This document shows positions 1-7,460 of a stretch of 46,694 nucleotides of DNA, in pieces. A model generated the notes under the pieces. It worked only from the letters and a program-made list of their open reading frames with translations, did not search any database and was not told where the DNA came from. Made by a program: the position numbers and the translations under genes. Where the stretch lies: the NCBI GenBank assembly GCA_964459435.1, contig CAYWLU010000003.1, positions 1 to 46,694 on the forward strand, given 5' to 3'. This DNA comes from an uncultured Candidatus Peribacteria bacterium. GTDB taxonomy: Bacteria > Patescibacteriota > Gracilibacteria > UBA4473. Every line of letters starts with the position of its first letter. Position 1 is the stretch's first letter.

Positions 1-37
1 ATAGGGAGAAGGAATCAGGTGGTATTAGTGCACTTCA

Positions 38-127
38 TGGCGGAGAGAGCGGGATTCGAACCCGCGGTGAAGTTGCCTCCACACACGCTTTCCAAGCGTG
101 CGCATTCGACCACTCTGCCATCTCTCC
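38..127 (-). tRNA. tRNA-Ser (anticodon GGA), CCA encoded
   Basis: Reverse complement folds as a 90-nt class II cloverleaf: acceptor GGAGAGA/TCTCTCC, anticodon stem CACGC/GCGTG with loop TTGGAAA, long variable arm GTGGAG-GCAA-CTTCAC, T arm GCGGG-TTCGAAT-CCCGC, discriminator G, CCA. Confidence 0.9.
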
Positions 128-335
128 TTCGTCGGTGAGGACTTCGTTGGACTCACGATCCGCCACGGCGGATAGTTCGTTATACTTCGTCTCACCTCCT
201 CTTGTTCGTACGGAGATCTTCAAGCTCATTTAACGCTATTGATTCGCTATACTCGTTAACAGCTATTCGCTTTCAGCTACCCCGTTCTCACATGAAATCT
301 CTATTCATCCTCAGCTACTTCATATTCAGAGTTTT
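128..335. repeat. GC-rich tRNA-flanking repeat, copy A (junction motif, hairpin, one ~115-nt unit plus a partial unit)
   Basis: TCGTCGGTGAGGACTTCG at 129-146, hairpin ATCCGCC..GGCGGAT at 158-173, unit 186-300 matching the units at 15499-15745 (blocks TTCGTCTCACCTCCTCTTGTTCGTACGGA and TTCGCTATAC..CTATTC..GCTACCCC). The only ORF here runs through the tRNA. Confidence 0.6.
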
Positions 336-466
336 TAAAGATCTATACTTAGAGGACTGAAAGATTCTAAATAGAAAACAAATATTGGCAATATTAGTTA
401 TCTTAAACATATAGAAATAAGGAGTTCTCTTCTTGAATTTTTTTAAAATAAAATCATGATGATTGT

Positions 467-724
467 GTGAAATTAATGAAGAAAGGTAGGTATTTTGAAG
501 CGTTAAAGAAATTAATATTATTTTCGGCTTTTTCTCATATATTTATTCTGATAATATTTTTCATAATAAAATGGGACATAACCGTTTTTAATTATTTCTC
601 TATTTTAGAGCTTAACTTGTTTTTTCCTTTTGTCGGACATGGTTTGTTTAGTCAATTAATCTCATTTTTTATTGTGCTAAGTATTTATCTTATATTTTGT
701 TTTGTACCTTTTCATAAAAAATAA
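467..724 (+). CDS. hypothetical small membrane protein (GTG start, or ATG at 476)
   Basis: 85-aa ORF with two or three hydrophobic stretches; no recognisable motif. Confidence 0.3.
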   Translation: MKLMKKGRYFEALKKLILFSAFSHIFILIIFFIIKWDITVFNYFSILELNLFFPFVGHGLFSQLISFFIVLSIYLIFCFVPFHKK

Positions 725-863
725 TTTTATCGATTTAAATACAAAAAAACTCGTCAAAAAGTTTGACATCTGCTTACAGTTACTTACACTCGCGCGCGAT
801 AAATTGTGTCTTTTTGGCATAATAGATATAAGATTTTCTAAATCGATTTTTTAATCACTTTAC

Positions 864-3800
864 ATGGCGAAAAAAACGCTTCAATTCCCTGCAAAGCTGA
901 CCCCAACCAAAGAAGAAGGTGGTCGGTATTTTTTTACAGATGTAGAAAGAGACTTTCCTTTTCCTGATTTAATTGAGGTTCAAACTAGATCCTACAATTG
1001 GTTTTTAGATAATGGAATTAAGGAGCTTTTAGATGAAATAAATCCTATCGAAGATGCTACTGGGAAAAAATTAAGATTAGAAATTAAGGGTTATGAAATT
1101 GAGGAACCTAAATATAATATTCTAACTTGTAGAGAAAAAGGACTTTCTTTTGAGTCTATTGTACGAGGACATGTGGCCTTAACCAACTTAGAATCTGGGG
1201 AAATTAAAGAGCAAGATGTTTATTTTGGGCAAATTCCTCGAATTACAGAACAGGGAACTTTTATTGTTAATGGAATAGAAAGAATTATTGTTTCACAAAT
1301 TGTGAGAAGTCCTGGGATTTTCTTTGCTAAAAATTCAGCCTTACCAGGGAAATATACTGCCAAAATGATTCCTAAACGAGGAGCTTGGTTAGAGGTAGAG
1401 TCTGATAAAAAAGGATTAATTTGGATTAAGGTTGATAGAAAAAGAAAAATACCGGTAACCATGTTTCTTCGAGCTTTCGGTTATTCTACGGATAAAGAAA
1501 TTTTGGATCTTTTTAAAGACCAAACGAAGGGATTAGAAGAAAATTCTATTACTAAAACTTTAGCTAAGGATGAGTCAGAAAACGAGAAGGATGCTTGGCA
1601 AGGAGTATATAAAAGAATCCGTCCTGGAGATTTAGCTACTCCAGACAATGCTCGAAACTTTATTGAGGATGTGTTTCATAATCATCGAAAATATGATTTA
1701 GGACCTATCGCTCGTTACAAGATTAATAAAAGATTTGATTTGAAAACTAAAGATAATGCAAAAGGACGGATATTTCGGATAGAAGATTTTATTGCTATGA
1801 TTCGTGAAATTTTGATTCTTAATGAAGGTCAGGGAGTGGGTGCAGATGATATAGATCATTTGGCTAATAGAAGAATTAGAGCAGTAGGAGAATTAGTACA
1901 AAATAAATTTAGAGTTGGATTGCTCCGTACAGAACGAATTGTGCGAGATAGAATGTCTATTGTGGATTTAGAAGAAGTAACGCCAACCCAAATTGTTAAC
2001 TGTCGTCCAATTACGGCGGCGATGCATGAATTTTTTGCGAGTTCACAACTTTCGCAGTTTATGGATCAAACAAATCCTTTGGCAGAACTAGAACACAAAC
2101 GAAGAATTTCTGCGATGGGTCCAGGAGGACTATCTCGAGAACGAGCTTCTTTTGAAGTACGAGATGTACATCCTTCTCATTACGGACGAATTTGTCCGGT
2201 AACTACTCCAGAAGGACCAAATATTGGTTTAGTGTTACATTTGGCTTCTTATGCTCGAGTAAATGAATATGGATTCATTGAAACACCTTATAGAACAGTG
2301 GCACATACTTTGCCTAATGATGGTTTGTCTTGTGTTGGTAGAAGAGCGGGAGAAGATATTAAAGATGGTCGAAAGATTATAGTTAAGAAAGGAGAGGAAA
2401 TAAACGACAAACTTGCTAAAGATATCAAGAAATTAAAGGACTATAAAGAGGTGCCTGTTTGGGCTTATATTACGGAAGATGTAAATTATTACGATGCTGA
2501 GGCAGAAAAAGACATGTGTATTGCTCAGGCTAATACAGTTCTTAATGAAAAAGGAGAATTTGTGAAAGAAATGATTTCTGCCAGAGAGAACTATGAACCT
2601 GGTTCTTATGATGAAAATAAAATTACATATATAGATGTTTCTCCAAAACAGTTGATTTCTTTATCTACAGCTCTTATTTCTTTCTTAGAGCATGATGATA
2701 ATACGAGAGCCTTGATGGGGTCTAACATGCAGAGACAAGCAGTGCCTTTAATTAAACCAGAATCCCCAGTTATTGGAACTGGAATGGAACGGATTACTTC
2801 ACATGATCAATGTATTCATGCTCCAGAAGCTGGAGAAATAAAGTATGTGGATGCTAATGAAGTAATATTTGTTGGAAAATCTGGGAAAAAAGTAGTTTTC
2901 CCTATTAGGAATTTTTATAGAACAAATCAATCGACCTGTATCACTCAACGAGCAGTAATAGAATCTGGAGAAAAGGTTAAAAAGGGAGATGTTATAGTAG
3001 ATGGAGCTTCTGTGCAAAATGGAGAATTAGGACTTGGAAGAAACTTGCTTGTGGCTTATATGTCTTGGAGTGGATATAACTTTGAAGATGCCGTGATTGT
3101 TTCTGACCGAGTTGTTAAAGAAGGGCTTTTTGATTCCGTGCATATTGAAAAATATGAATTGGATGTTAGAGATACGAAACTTGGACCGGAAGAGCTAACT
3201 TCAGATATTCCAAATGTAGCGGTGGCAAAACTAAAAGACTTAGACGAACAAGGGTTAGTTAGAATTGGAGCTACGGTATTAGCTGGGGATATTCTAGCAG
3301 GAAAAGTTACTCCAAAAGGAGAAACAGAACTTACAGCAGAAGATAGATTGCTTCGGGCAATTTTTGGAGAAAAAGCTCATGATGTAAAAGATTCTTCGCT
3401 TCGTTTGCCGCGTGGATCTGGAGGAAAAGTAATCGCTGTTTCTATTTTAGATAGATCAGAAGGAGATGATTTACCAACTGGTGTAATTAAAAGGATTCAA
3501 GTAAAAGTAGCTCAATTACGACATTTGGAAGCAGGAGATAAGATGGCTGGAAGACATGGAAATAAAGGTGTTATTTCTCAAGTTATTCCATCAGAAGATA
3601 TGCCTCACATGGAAGATGGAACTCCAGTAGATATTATTCTAAATCCACTTGGTGTTTCTTCTCGAATGAATATTGGTCAGATTTTAGAGACACATTTAGG
3701 AATGGCTGCTAAAAAAATGGGAATTAAAATAGCAACGCCAGTGCTTCATGGAATTAAAGTAGATAAGATTCGAGAGTTTTTGAAGGCTAATGATTTTCCA

Positions 3801-4454
3801 GAGGATGGAAAATTTCAATTATATGATGGAAGAACGGGGGATTCTTTTGACCATCCAACAGTAGTTGGAATAGTTTATATGTTAAAACTAATTCATTTGG
3901 TGGAAGACAAGATGCATGCTAGATCTGTTGGACCATACTCTTTAGTTACTCAACAGCCATTTGGAGGTAAAGCTCAAAATGGAGGGCAGAGATTTGGAGA
4001 AATGGAAGTTTGGGCATTAGAAGCTTATGGAGCCGCTCATATTCTGCAAGAAATGCTGACAATTAAATCAGATGATGTTCATGGTCGAGCAAAAGCTTAT
4101 GAAGCGATTGTGAAAGGAGAACCTATTGAACTTGTTTCTGTTCCAGAATCTTTCAATGTGTTAATTAAAGAACTTCAAGCACTTTGTTTGAAAGTAGAGC
4201 TTTTGCAAGACGGAGAAATTGCTGAAGGAGTTCTTACTCCAGAAAGTAAAGAAGAGGAAGGAGTGGTTAGAGAAAGAGAATTAATAGATGAAGCTGCTGA
4301 AGTTAAAAAAGTAGTTGACGAAGCAGAGGCTTCTAAAATGACTATGGAAGGAGATGAGACCGGAATAGAAGATGAAGATGAAGATGAAGATGATATGGAT
4401 AAAGAAGTGGTGGTAGACGATGCTGAAATAGATGAATTAGAAAAAGAAGAATAA
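864..4454 (+). CDS. rpoB: DNA-directed RNA polymerase beta subunit
   Basis: 1196-aa ORF with beta-subunit blocks NMQRQAVPL, GDKMAGRHGNKGV and GGQRFGEMEVWALEAYGAA; ~70-aa strongly acidic C-terminal tail. Confidence 0.97.
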   Translation: MAKKTLQFPAKLTPTKEEGGRYFFTDVERDFPFPDLIEVQTRSYNWFLDNGIKELLDEINPIEDATGKKLRLEIKGYEIEEPKYNILTCREKGLSFESIVRGHVALTNLESGEIKEQDVYFGQIPRITEQGTFIVNGIERIIVSQIVRSPGIFFAKNSALPGKYTAKMIPKRGAWLEVESDKKGLIWIKVDRKRKIPVTMFLRAFGYSTDKEILDLFKDQTKGLEENSITKTLAKDESENEKDAWQGVYKRIRPGDLATPDNARNFIEDVFHNHRKYDLGPIARYKINKRFDLKTKDNAKGRIFRIEDFIAMIREILILNEGQGVGADDIDHLANRRIRAVGELVQNKFRVGLLRTERIVRDRMSIVDLEEVTPTQIVNCRPITAAMHEFFASSQLSQFMDQTNPLAELEHKRRISAMGPGGLSRERASFEVRDVHPSHYGRICPVTTPEGPNIGLVLHLASYARVNEYGFIETPYRTVAHTLPNDGLSCVGRRAGEDIKDGRKIIVKKGEEINDKLAKDIKKLKDYKEVPVWAYITEDVNYYDAEAEKDMCIAQANTVLNEKGEFVKEMISARENYEPGSYDENKITYIDVSPKQLISLSTALISFLEHDDNTRALMGSNMQRQAVPLIKPESPVIGTGMERITSHDQCIHAPEAGEIKYVDANEVIFVGKSGKKVVFPIRNFYRTNQSTCITQRAVIESGEKVKKGDVIVDGASVQNGELGLGRNLLVAYMSWSGYNFEDAVIVSDRVVKEGLFDSVHIEKYELDVRDTKLGPEELTSDIPNVAVAKLKDLDEQGLVRIGATVLAGDILAGKVTPKGETELTAEDRLLRAIFGEKAHDVKDSSLRLPRGSGGKVIAVSILDRSEGDDLPTGVIKRIQVKVAQLRHLEAGDKMAGRHGNKGVISQVIPSEDMPHMEDGTPVDIILNPLGVSSRMNIGQILETHLGMAAKKMGIKIATPVLHGIKVDKIREFLKANDFPEDGKFQLYDGRTGDSFDHPTVVGIVYMLKLIHLVEDKMHARSVGPYSLVTQQPFGGKAQNGGQRFGEMEVWALEAYGAAHILQEMLTIKSDDVHGRAKAYEAIVKGEPIELVSVPESFNVLIKELQALCLKVELLQDGEIAEGVLTPESKEEEGVVRERELIDEAAEVKKVVDEAEASKMTMEGDETGIEDEDEDEDDMDKEVVVDDAEIDELEKEE

Positions 4455-4467
4455 TAATAGTCTGAAG

Positions 4468-4542
4468 GCGCGTATCGTATAGTGGCTATTACACGGCCTT
4501 GCCAAGGCTGAGATACGGGTTCGACTCCCGTTACGCGCTCCA
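4468..4542 (+). tRNA. tRNA-Gly (anticodon GCC), CCA encoded
   Basis: Acceptor GCGCGTA/TACGCGC, anticodon stem CGGCC/GGCTG with loop TTGCCAA, T arm ACGGG-TTCGACT-CCCGT, discriminator T, CCA. Confidence 0.9.
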
Positions 4543-4725
4543 AAAGAATTCCGATATACCTTTTGGGTATAACGGAATTCTTTTTGTATCGTGATGAGAA
4601 CCCGTATTTTTGCGAAGCAAAAATGGGTTCGATGAGCCGAAGAGAGGAAAGAGAGCTTGCTCTCAATTTCCGAGCGAGGTGAAACGACTAAACGAAGCGA
4701 AGGAGTATTCCCGTTACGCGCTCCA
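4543..4725 (+). mobile_element. ~165-nt mini-element (CIME/MITE-like) ending in a 17-nt direct repeat of the tRNA-Gly 3' end
   Basis: TCCCGTTACGCGCTCCA at 4709-4725 is identical to 4526-4542. GGGTTCGA at 4625-4632 repeats the T-stem/T-loop start. The block at 4633-4708 is ~83% identical to 14850-14923 (reverse strand). Confidence 0.45.
4546..4585 (+). terminator. intrinsic terminator after tRNA-Gly
   Basis: GAATTCCG/CGGAATTC outer stem plus TATACC/GGTATA inner stem, followed by TTTTT. Confidence 0.75.
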
Positions 4726-4729
4726 TAAT

Positions 4730-4757
4730 TTGACAAACTAAATCTCAGAAATATAAT
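4730..4757 (+). promoter_or_regulatory. near-consensus sigma-70 promoter (TTGACA-N16-TATAAT)
   Basis: TTGACA at 4730-4735, 16-nt spacer, TATAAT at 4752-4757. Confidence 0.6.
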
Positions 4758-4764
4758 CAATACA

Positions 4765-4845
4765 ATGAAGGACTTTGAATTCACAGTTCAATCAAATAAC
4801 AAGCCGCAGCTGCCGGTTTCTTCATTATATCCCATGCGGTACTAA
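4765..4845 (+). CDS. 26-codon leader ORF or small RNA (MKDFEFTVQSNNKPQLPVSSLYPMRY)
   Basis: The ATG lies 7 nt after the -10 box (leaderless geometry). The ORF ends 31 nt before a terminator that sits 25 nt upstream of the OCD start. Confidence 0.3.
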   Translation: MKDFEFTVQSNNKPQLPVSSLYPMRY

Positions 4846-4876
4846 ATTATATATAAGATCAATTAGTAATATTTAG

Positions 4877-4900
4877 CCCGCATCTAGCGGGATTTTTTTT
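4877..4900 (+). terminator. intrinsic terminator / attenuator upstream of OCD
   Basis: CCCGC-ATCTA-GCGGG followed by A and T8. ATGCGG at 4834-4839 can alternatively pair with CCGCAT at 4878-4883. Confidence 0.65.
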
Positions 4901-4925
4901 ATTTCCCTATTTAATTAACAATCAT

Positions 4926-5924
4926 ATGAAAATCATAACCTCAAACGAAATCGCTAAACTTTCTCTAGATACATTATTAGAAGATGCCTTTAAGTTTCTA
5001 GAAGAAGATCTTAAATGCTGGGAAAAGTTTCACAAAAGTCCGCGTCATGCTGTGTATTTTGATCACGGAGTTTTTGAACTTATGCCTTGTGCAGATGACC
5101 AGTTTTATACTTACAAATATGTAAATGCTCATCCTGCGAATCCTCAACAAAATAAAATGTCTATTGTGGCAGTAGGAATGTTGGCAGATATAGAAACGGG
5201 ATATCCACAGCTTTTTTGCGATATGACTATTCTTACAGCAATACGTACTGCTGCAACTTCTGCGATTGCAGCAAAGCATTTAGCACGTGAAGATTCTTCG
5301 GTATTAGGAATAATCGGAACTGGTGCTCAATCTGAATTCCAGGTTTACGCAATGAAACAGTTGTTTGATATAAAAACCATTCGTTATTTTGATCGTGATC
5401 CAAAAGCTATGAAAAAGTTTGCAAATAATTTTGCAGAAAGTGGTATGGAATTAATTGCTTGTTTGCATGGGACAGAAGTTGTTGAAGGAATAGATATTCT
5501 TACCACCTGTATTTGCGAAAAAACGCATGTGGAGTTATTTCCATATTCGGCTATTAAAAATAATAAGGGATTATTTATTAATGCCATAGGTGGAGACTGT
5601 CCTGGAAAAACAGAACTAGATCCAGAAATAATGCGTAAGGCACGCATTATTGTGGAATTTTTCGAACAAACTAAATATGAAGGAGAAATTCAGAATCTTG
5701 AGGCTGGTTCATTTACGTATAATGAATTATGGGAAATTATCCAAGATCCGAAAAAAGGTCGCAGTAAAAAGGATGAATTAATTGTATTTGATGCGGTTGG
5801 ATTTGCCCTTGCTGATTTTTCTGTAACGAGAATGTTATATGAAAAAGGGATTGGTAAAGATATGAATATTTTACCTTCAACGAAAGATCCAAAAAATTTA
5901 TTTTCAATTTTTAGGACTTTATAA
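4926..5924 (+). CDS. ornithine cyclodeaminase / mu-crystallin family protein
   Basis: 332 aa; MTILTAIRTAATSAIAAKHL block and Rossmann-type GIIGTGAQSEFQ. Confidence 0.8.
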   Translation: MKIITSNEIAKLSLDTLLEDAFKFLEEDLKCWEKFHKSPRHAVYFDHGVFELMPCADDQFYTYKYVNAHPANPQQNKMSIVAVGMLADIETGYPQLFCDMTILTAIRTAATSAIAAKHLAREDSSVLGIIGTGAQSEFQVYAMKQLFDIKTIRYFDRDPKAMKKFANNFAESGMELIACLHGTEVVEGIDILTTCICEKTHVELFPYSAIKNNKGLFINAIGGDCPGKTELDPEIMRKARIIVEFFEQTKYEGEIQNLEAGSFTYNELWEIIQDPKKGRSKKDELIVFDAVGFALADFSVTRMLYEKGIGKDMNILPSTKDPKNLFSIFRTL

Positions 5925-5971
5925 AGTTTGTCAAAATAGAACTCTTTATAAAGTCTTGGAATAACATTGTG

Positions 5972-5987
5972 TTATATTGTAATATAA
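5972..5987. repeat. AT palindrome copy (TTATATTGTAATATAA, 15/16)
   Basis: One of 9 copies of TTATATTATAATATAA; lies 107 nt upstream of the argH start. Confidence 0.8.
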
Positions 5988-6093
5988 TACCTTATTTTTA
6001 AATTAAAAAATAAGAAAATAAATAAAAAAATATTTGCTTATTTTCTTATAATACATTTAAAATGATAGTTAGAATTTTTTAACCCCCTTTATT

Positions 6094-7338
6094 ATGTCGA
6101 CCCCTATAAAGAAAAAGATCTGGTTTAAGGATAAGGAAGTGAGTATGAACAGAGTTGTGGAGGAGTATAACTCGGGAGAGGATATTTTATATGATCAGTT
6201 TATGATTCCAGATGATGTCTGGTGTTCTAGGTGTTACGCTCGGATGTTGAAAAAACATAATTTATTAACGGATAAAGAATTAAAAGAGCTGGAGGGTGGT
6301 TTAGATGATATTTTAGAACTTTATAAAAAAGGTGAATTTATTCTTAAAGTGGAAGATGAAGATTGTCATACAAAAATAGAAGATTATTTAATTGAGAAAT
6401 TAGGAGATACTGGAAAGAAGATTCACACGGGAAGATCTAGGAATGATCAAGTAATAACAATGGTGCGGTATTTTCTTAAACGCAAATCTACCGAACTTAG
6501 AAAAAAAGCGATGATTACTGCAGAAAGCATGGTTAAATTTGCAAAGAAATACGAAATGATTCCTATGCCGGGTTATACGCATATGCAAAAAGCTATGCCG
6601 ACAACGGTTGGTACTTGGATGGGATCTTTTGCTGAAAGCTTGTTAGACGATATTCGACTGCTTAATGCTATTAATGATGAAATTCTTGACCAGAATCCTT
6701 TAGGGTCTGGAGCGGGATATGGTTCGCCTTTTGATTTCGACCGAGATTGGTTAAGTAAGGAGCTTGGTTTTGCACGAACGCAAAATAATGTGATTTATTG
6801 TCAGAATTCTCGGGGAAAAATAGAAGCATTGGTACTAGAGGCTTGTTGTAATATTATGCTGACTCTTAATAAGTTAGCTTGTGATTTACTCTTCTTTACT
6901 ACTCAAGAATTCCAATTTTTTCACATGCATGACAGTATTGCTACTGGATCTTCTATTATGCCCCAAAAGAAAAATTTAGATGTGGCAGAACTTATGAGAG
7001 GAAGAGCAATGACAGTTTTCGCTAGTCGGAATGAAATAGAAATGAATATTCTCAATAAAGTTGTTGGATATCATAGAGACGGACAAGAAATGAAGAGACC
7101 TTTGTTTTTAGGACTAAAATATACAGAAATGTCACTGGAAGTTACTAACGAGATTTTAGATAATATTGCTCCTAATGAAGAAGTTCTTATGCAATCCATG
7201 CTAGATTGTCCAGGACTTTTCGCTGCCCATAAGGCTTTTGAGAAAGTAAAAGAGGGGATGACTTTCCGAGATGCTTATCGAGAAGTTGGTTCTAATATTG
7301 CTGGAATTAAAGTGACTCCTGAAGATATTCAGCACTAG
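6094..7338 (+). CDS. argH: argininosuccinate lyase, ending at an in-frame TAG (conserved C-terminus continues in frame to 7422)
   Basis: TGRSRNDQV and fumarate-lyase signature GSSIMPQKKN. After TAG 7336-7338 the same frame reads LKMSTHQGGTGNLGLDKLEKEVQKMKK-stop. Confidence 0.85.
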   Translation: MSTPIKKKIWFKDKEVSMNRVVEEYNSGEDILYDQFMIPDDVWCSRCYARMLKKHNLLTDKELKELEGGLDDILELYKKGEFILKVEDEDCHTKIEDYLIEKLGDTGKKIHTGRSRNDQVITMVRYFLKRKSTELRKKAMITAESMVKFAKKYEMIPMPGYTHMQKAMPTTVGTWMGSFAESLLDDIRLLNAINDEILDQNPLGSGAGYGSPFDFDRDWLSKELGFARTQNNVIYCQNSRGKIEALVLEACCNIMLTLNKLACDLLFFTTQEFQFFHMHDSIATGSSIMPQKKNLDVAELMRGRAMTVFASRNEIEMNILNKVVGYHRDGQEMKRPLFLGLKYTEMSLEVTNEILDNIAPNEEVLMQSMLDCPGLFAAHKAFEKVKEGMTFRDAYREVGSNIAGIKVTPEDIQH

Positions 7339-7460
7339 CTCAAGATGTCTACTCATCAAGGAGGGACCGGGAACTTGGGATTAGATAAGTTAGAGAAAGA
7401 AGTCCAGAAAATGAAGAAATAAATAAAAAATTTAATTTAAAACTTTTAACCCAATTTCTT

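Noticed and set aside
35-229. ORFs overlapping RNA genes and GC-rich repeats (35-229 minus, 4175-4666 minus, 4437-4784 minus, 15441-15668 plus, 15496-15765 plus)
   Set aside because: They run through tRNA/tmRNA sequences or through tandem 125-nt units whose length is not a multiple of 3. Their products are low-complexity, and they are explained by locally raised GC content reducing stop codons.
1220-1462. Antisense or alternate-frame shadow ORFs inside long genes (for example 1220-1462, 2799-3017, 4998-5279, 5384-5647, 6400-6588, 7645-7839, 13332-13538, 19204-19533, 22474-22803, 24520-24792, 25404-25649, 32798-33230, 35135-35434, 36356-36577, 41860-42360, 43147-43449)
   Set aside because: Each lies entirely within a longer ORF that has clear family motifs. 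None has start context or recognisable motifs, which is the typical shadow-ORF pattern.
4598-4630. Resemblance of the hairpin GAACCCGTAT..GAA..ATGGGTTC to group II intron domain V
   Set aside because: The AGC catalytic triad is absent and the 2-nt bulge is on the wrong strand. The ssrA copy has an unrelated hairpin at this position, and the whole element is far too short for a group II intron.
4591-4686. Hammerhead-ribozyme-like strings (GTGATGAG .. helix .. GAAAC)
   Set aside because: The invariant C3 of CUGAUGA is a G. The GAAAC lies 50 nt beyond the helix rather than closing it. The GATGAG/helix part is not conserved in the homologous ssrA-linked element.
4633-4708. The two ~76-nt homologous blocks (4633-4708 and 14850-14923) as a DGR template/variable repeat pair
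   Set aside because: The 13 differences are a mix of transitions and transversions, not concentrated at adenines of one copy. There is no reverse transcriptase nearby, and neither copy lies in a CDS.
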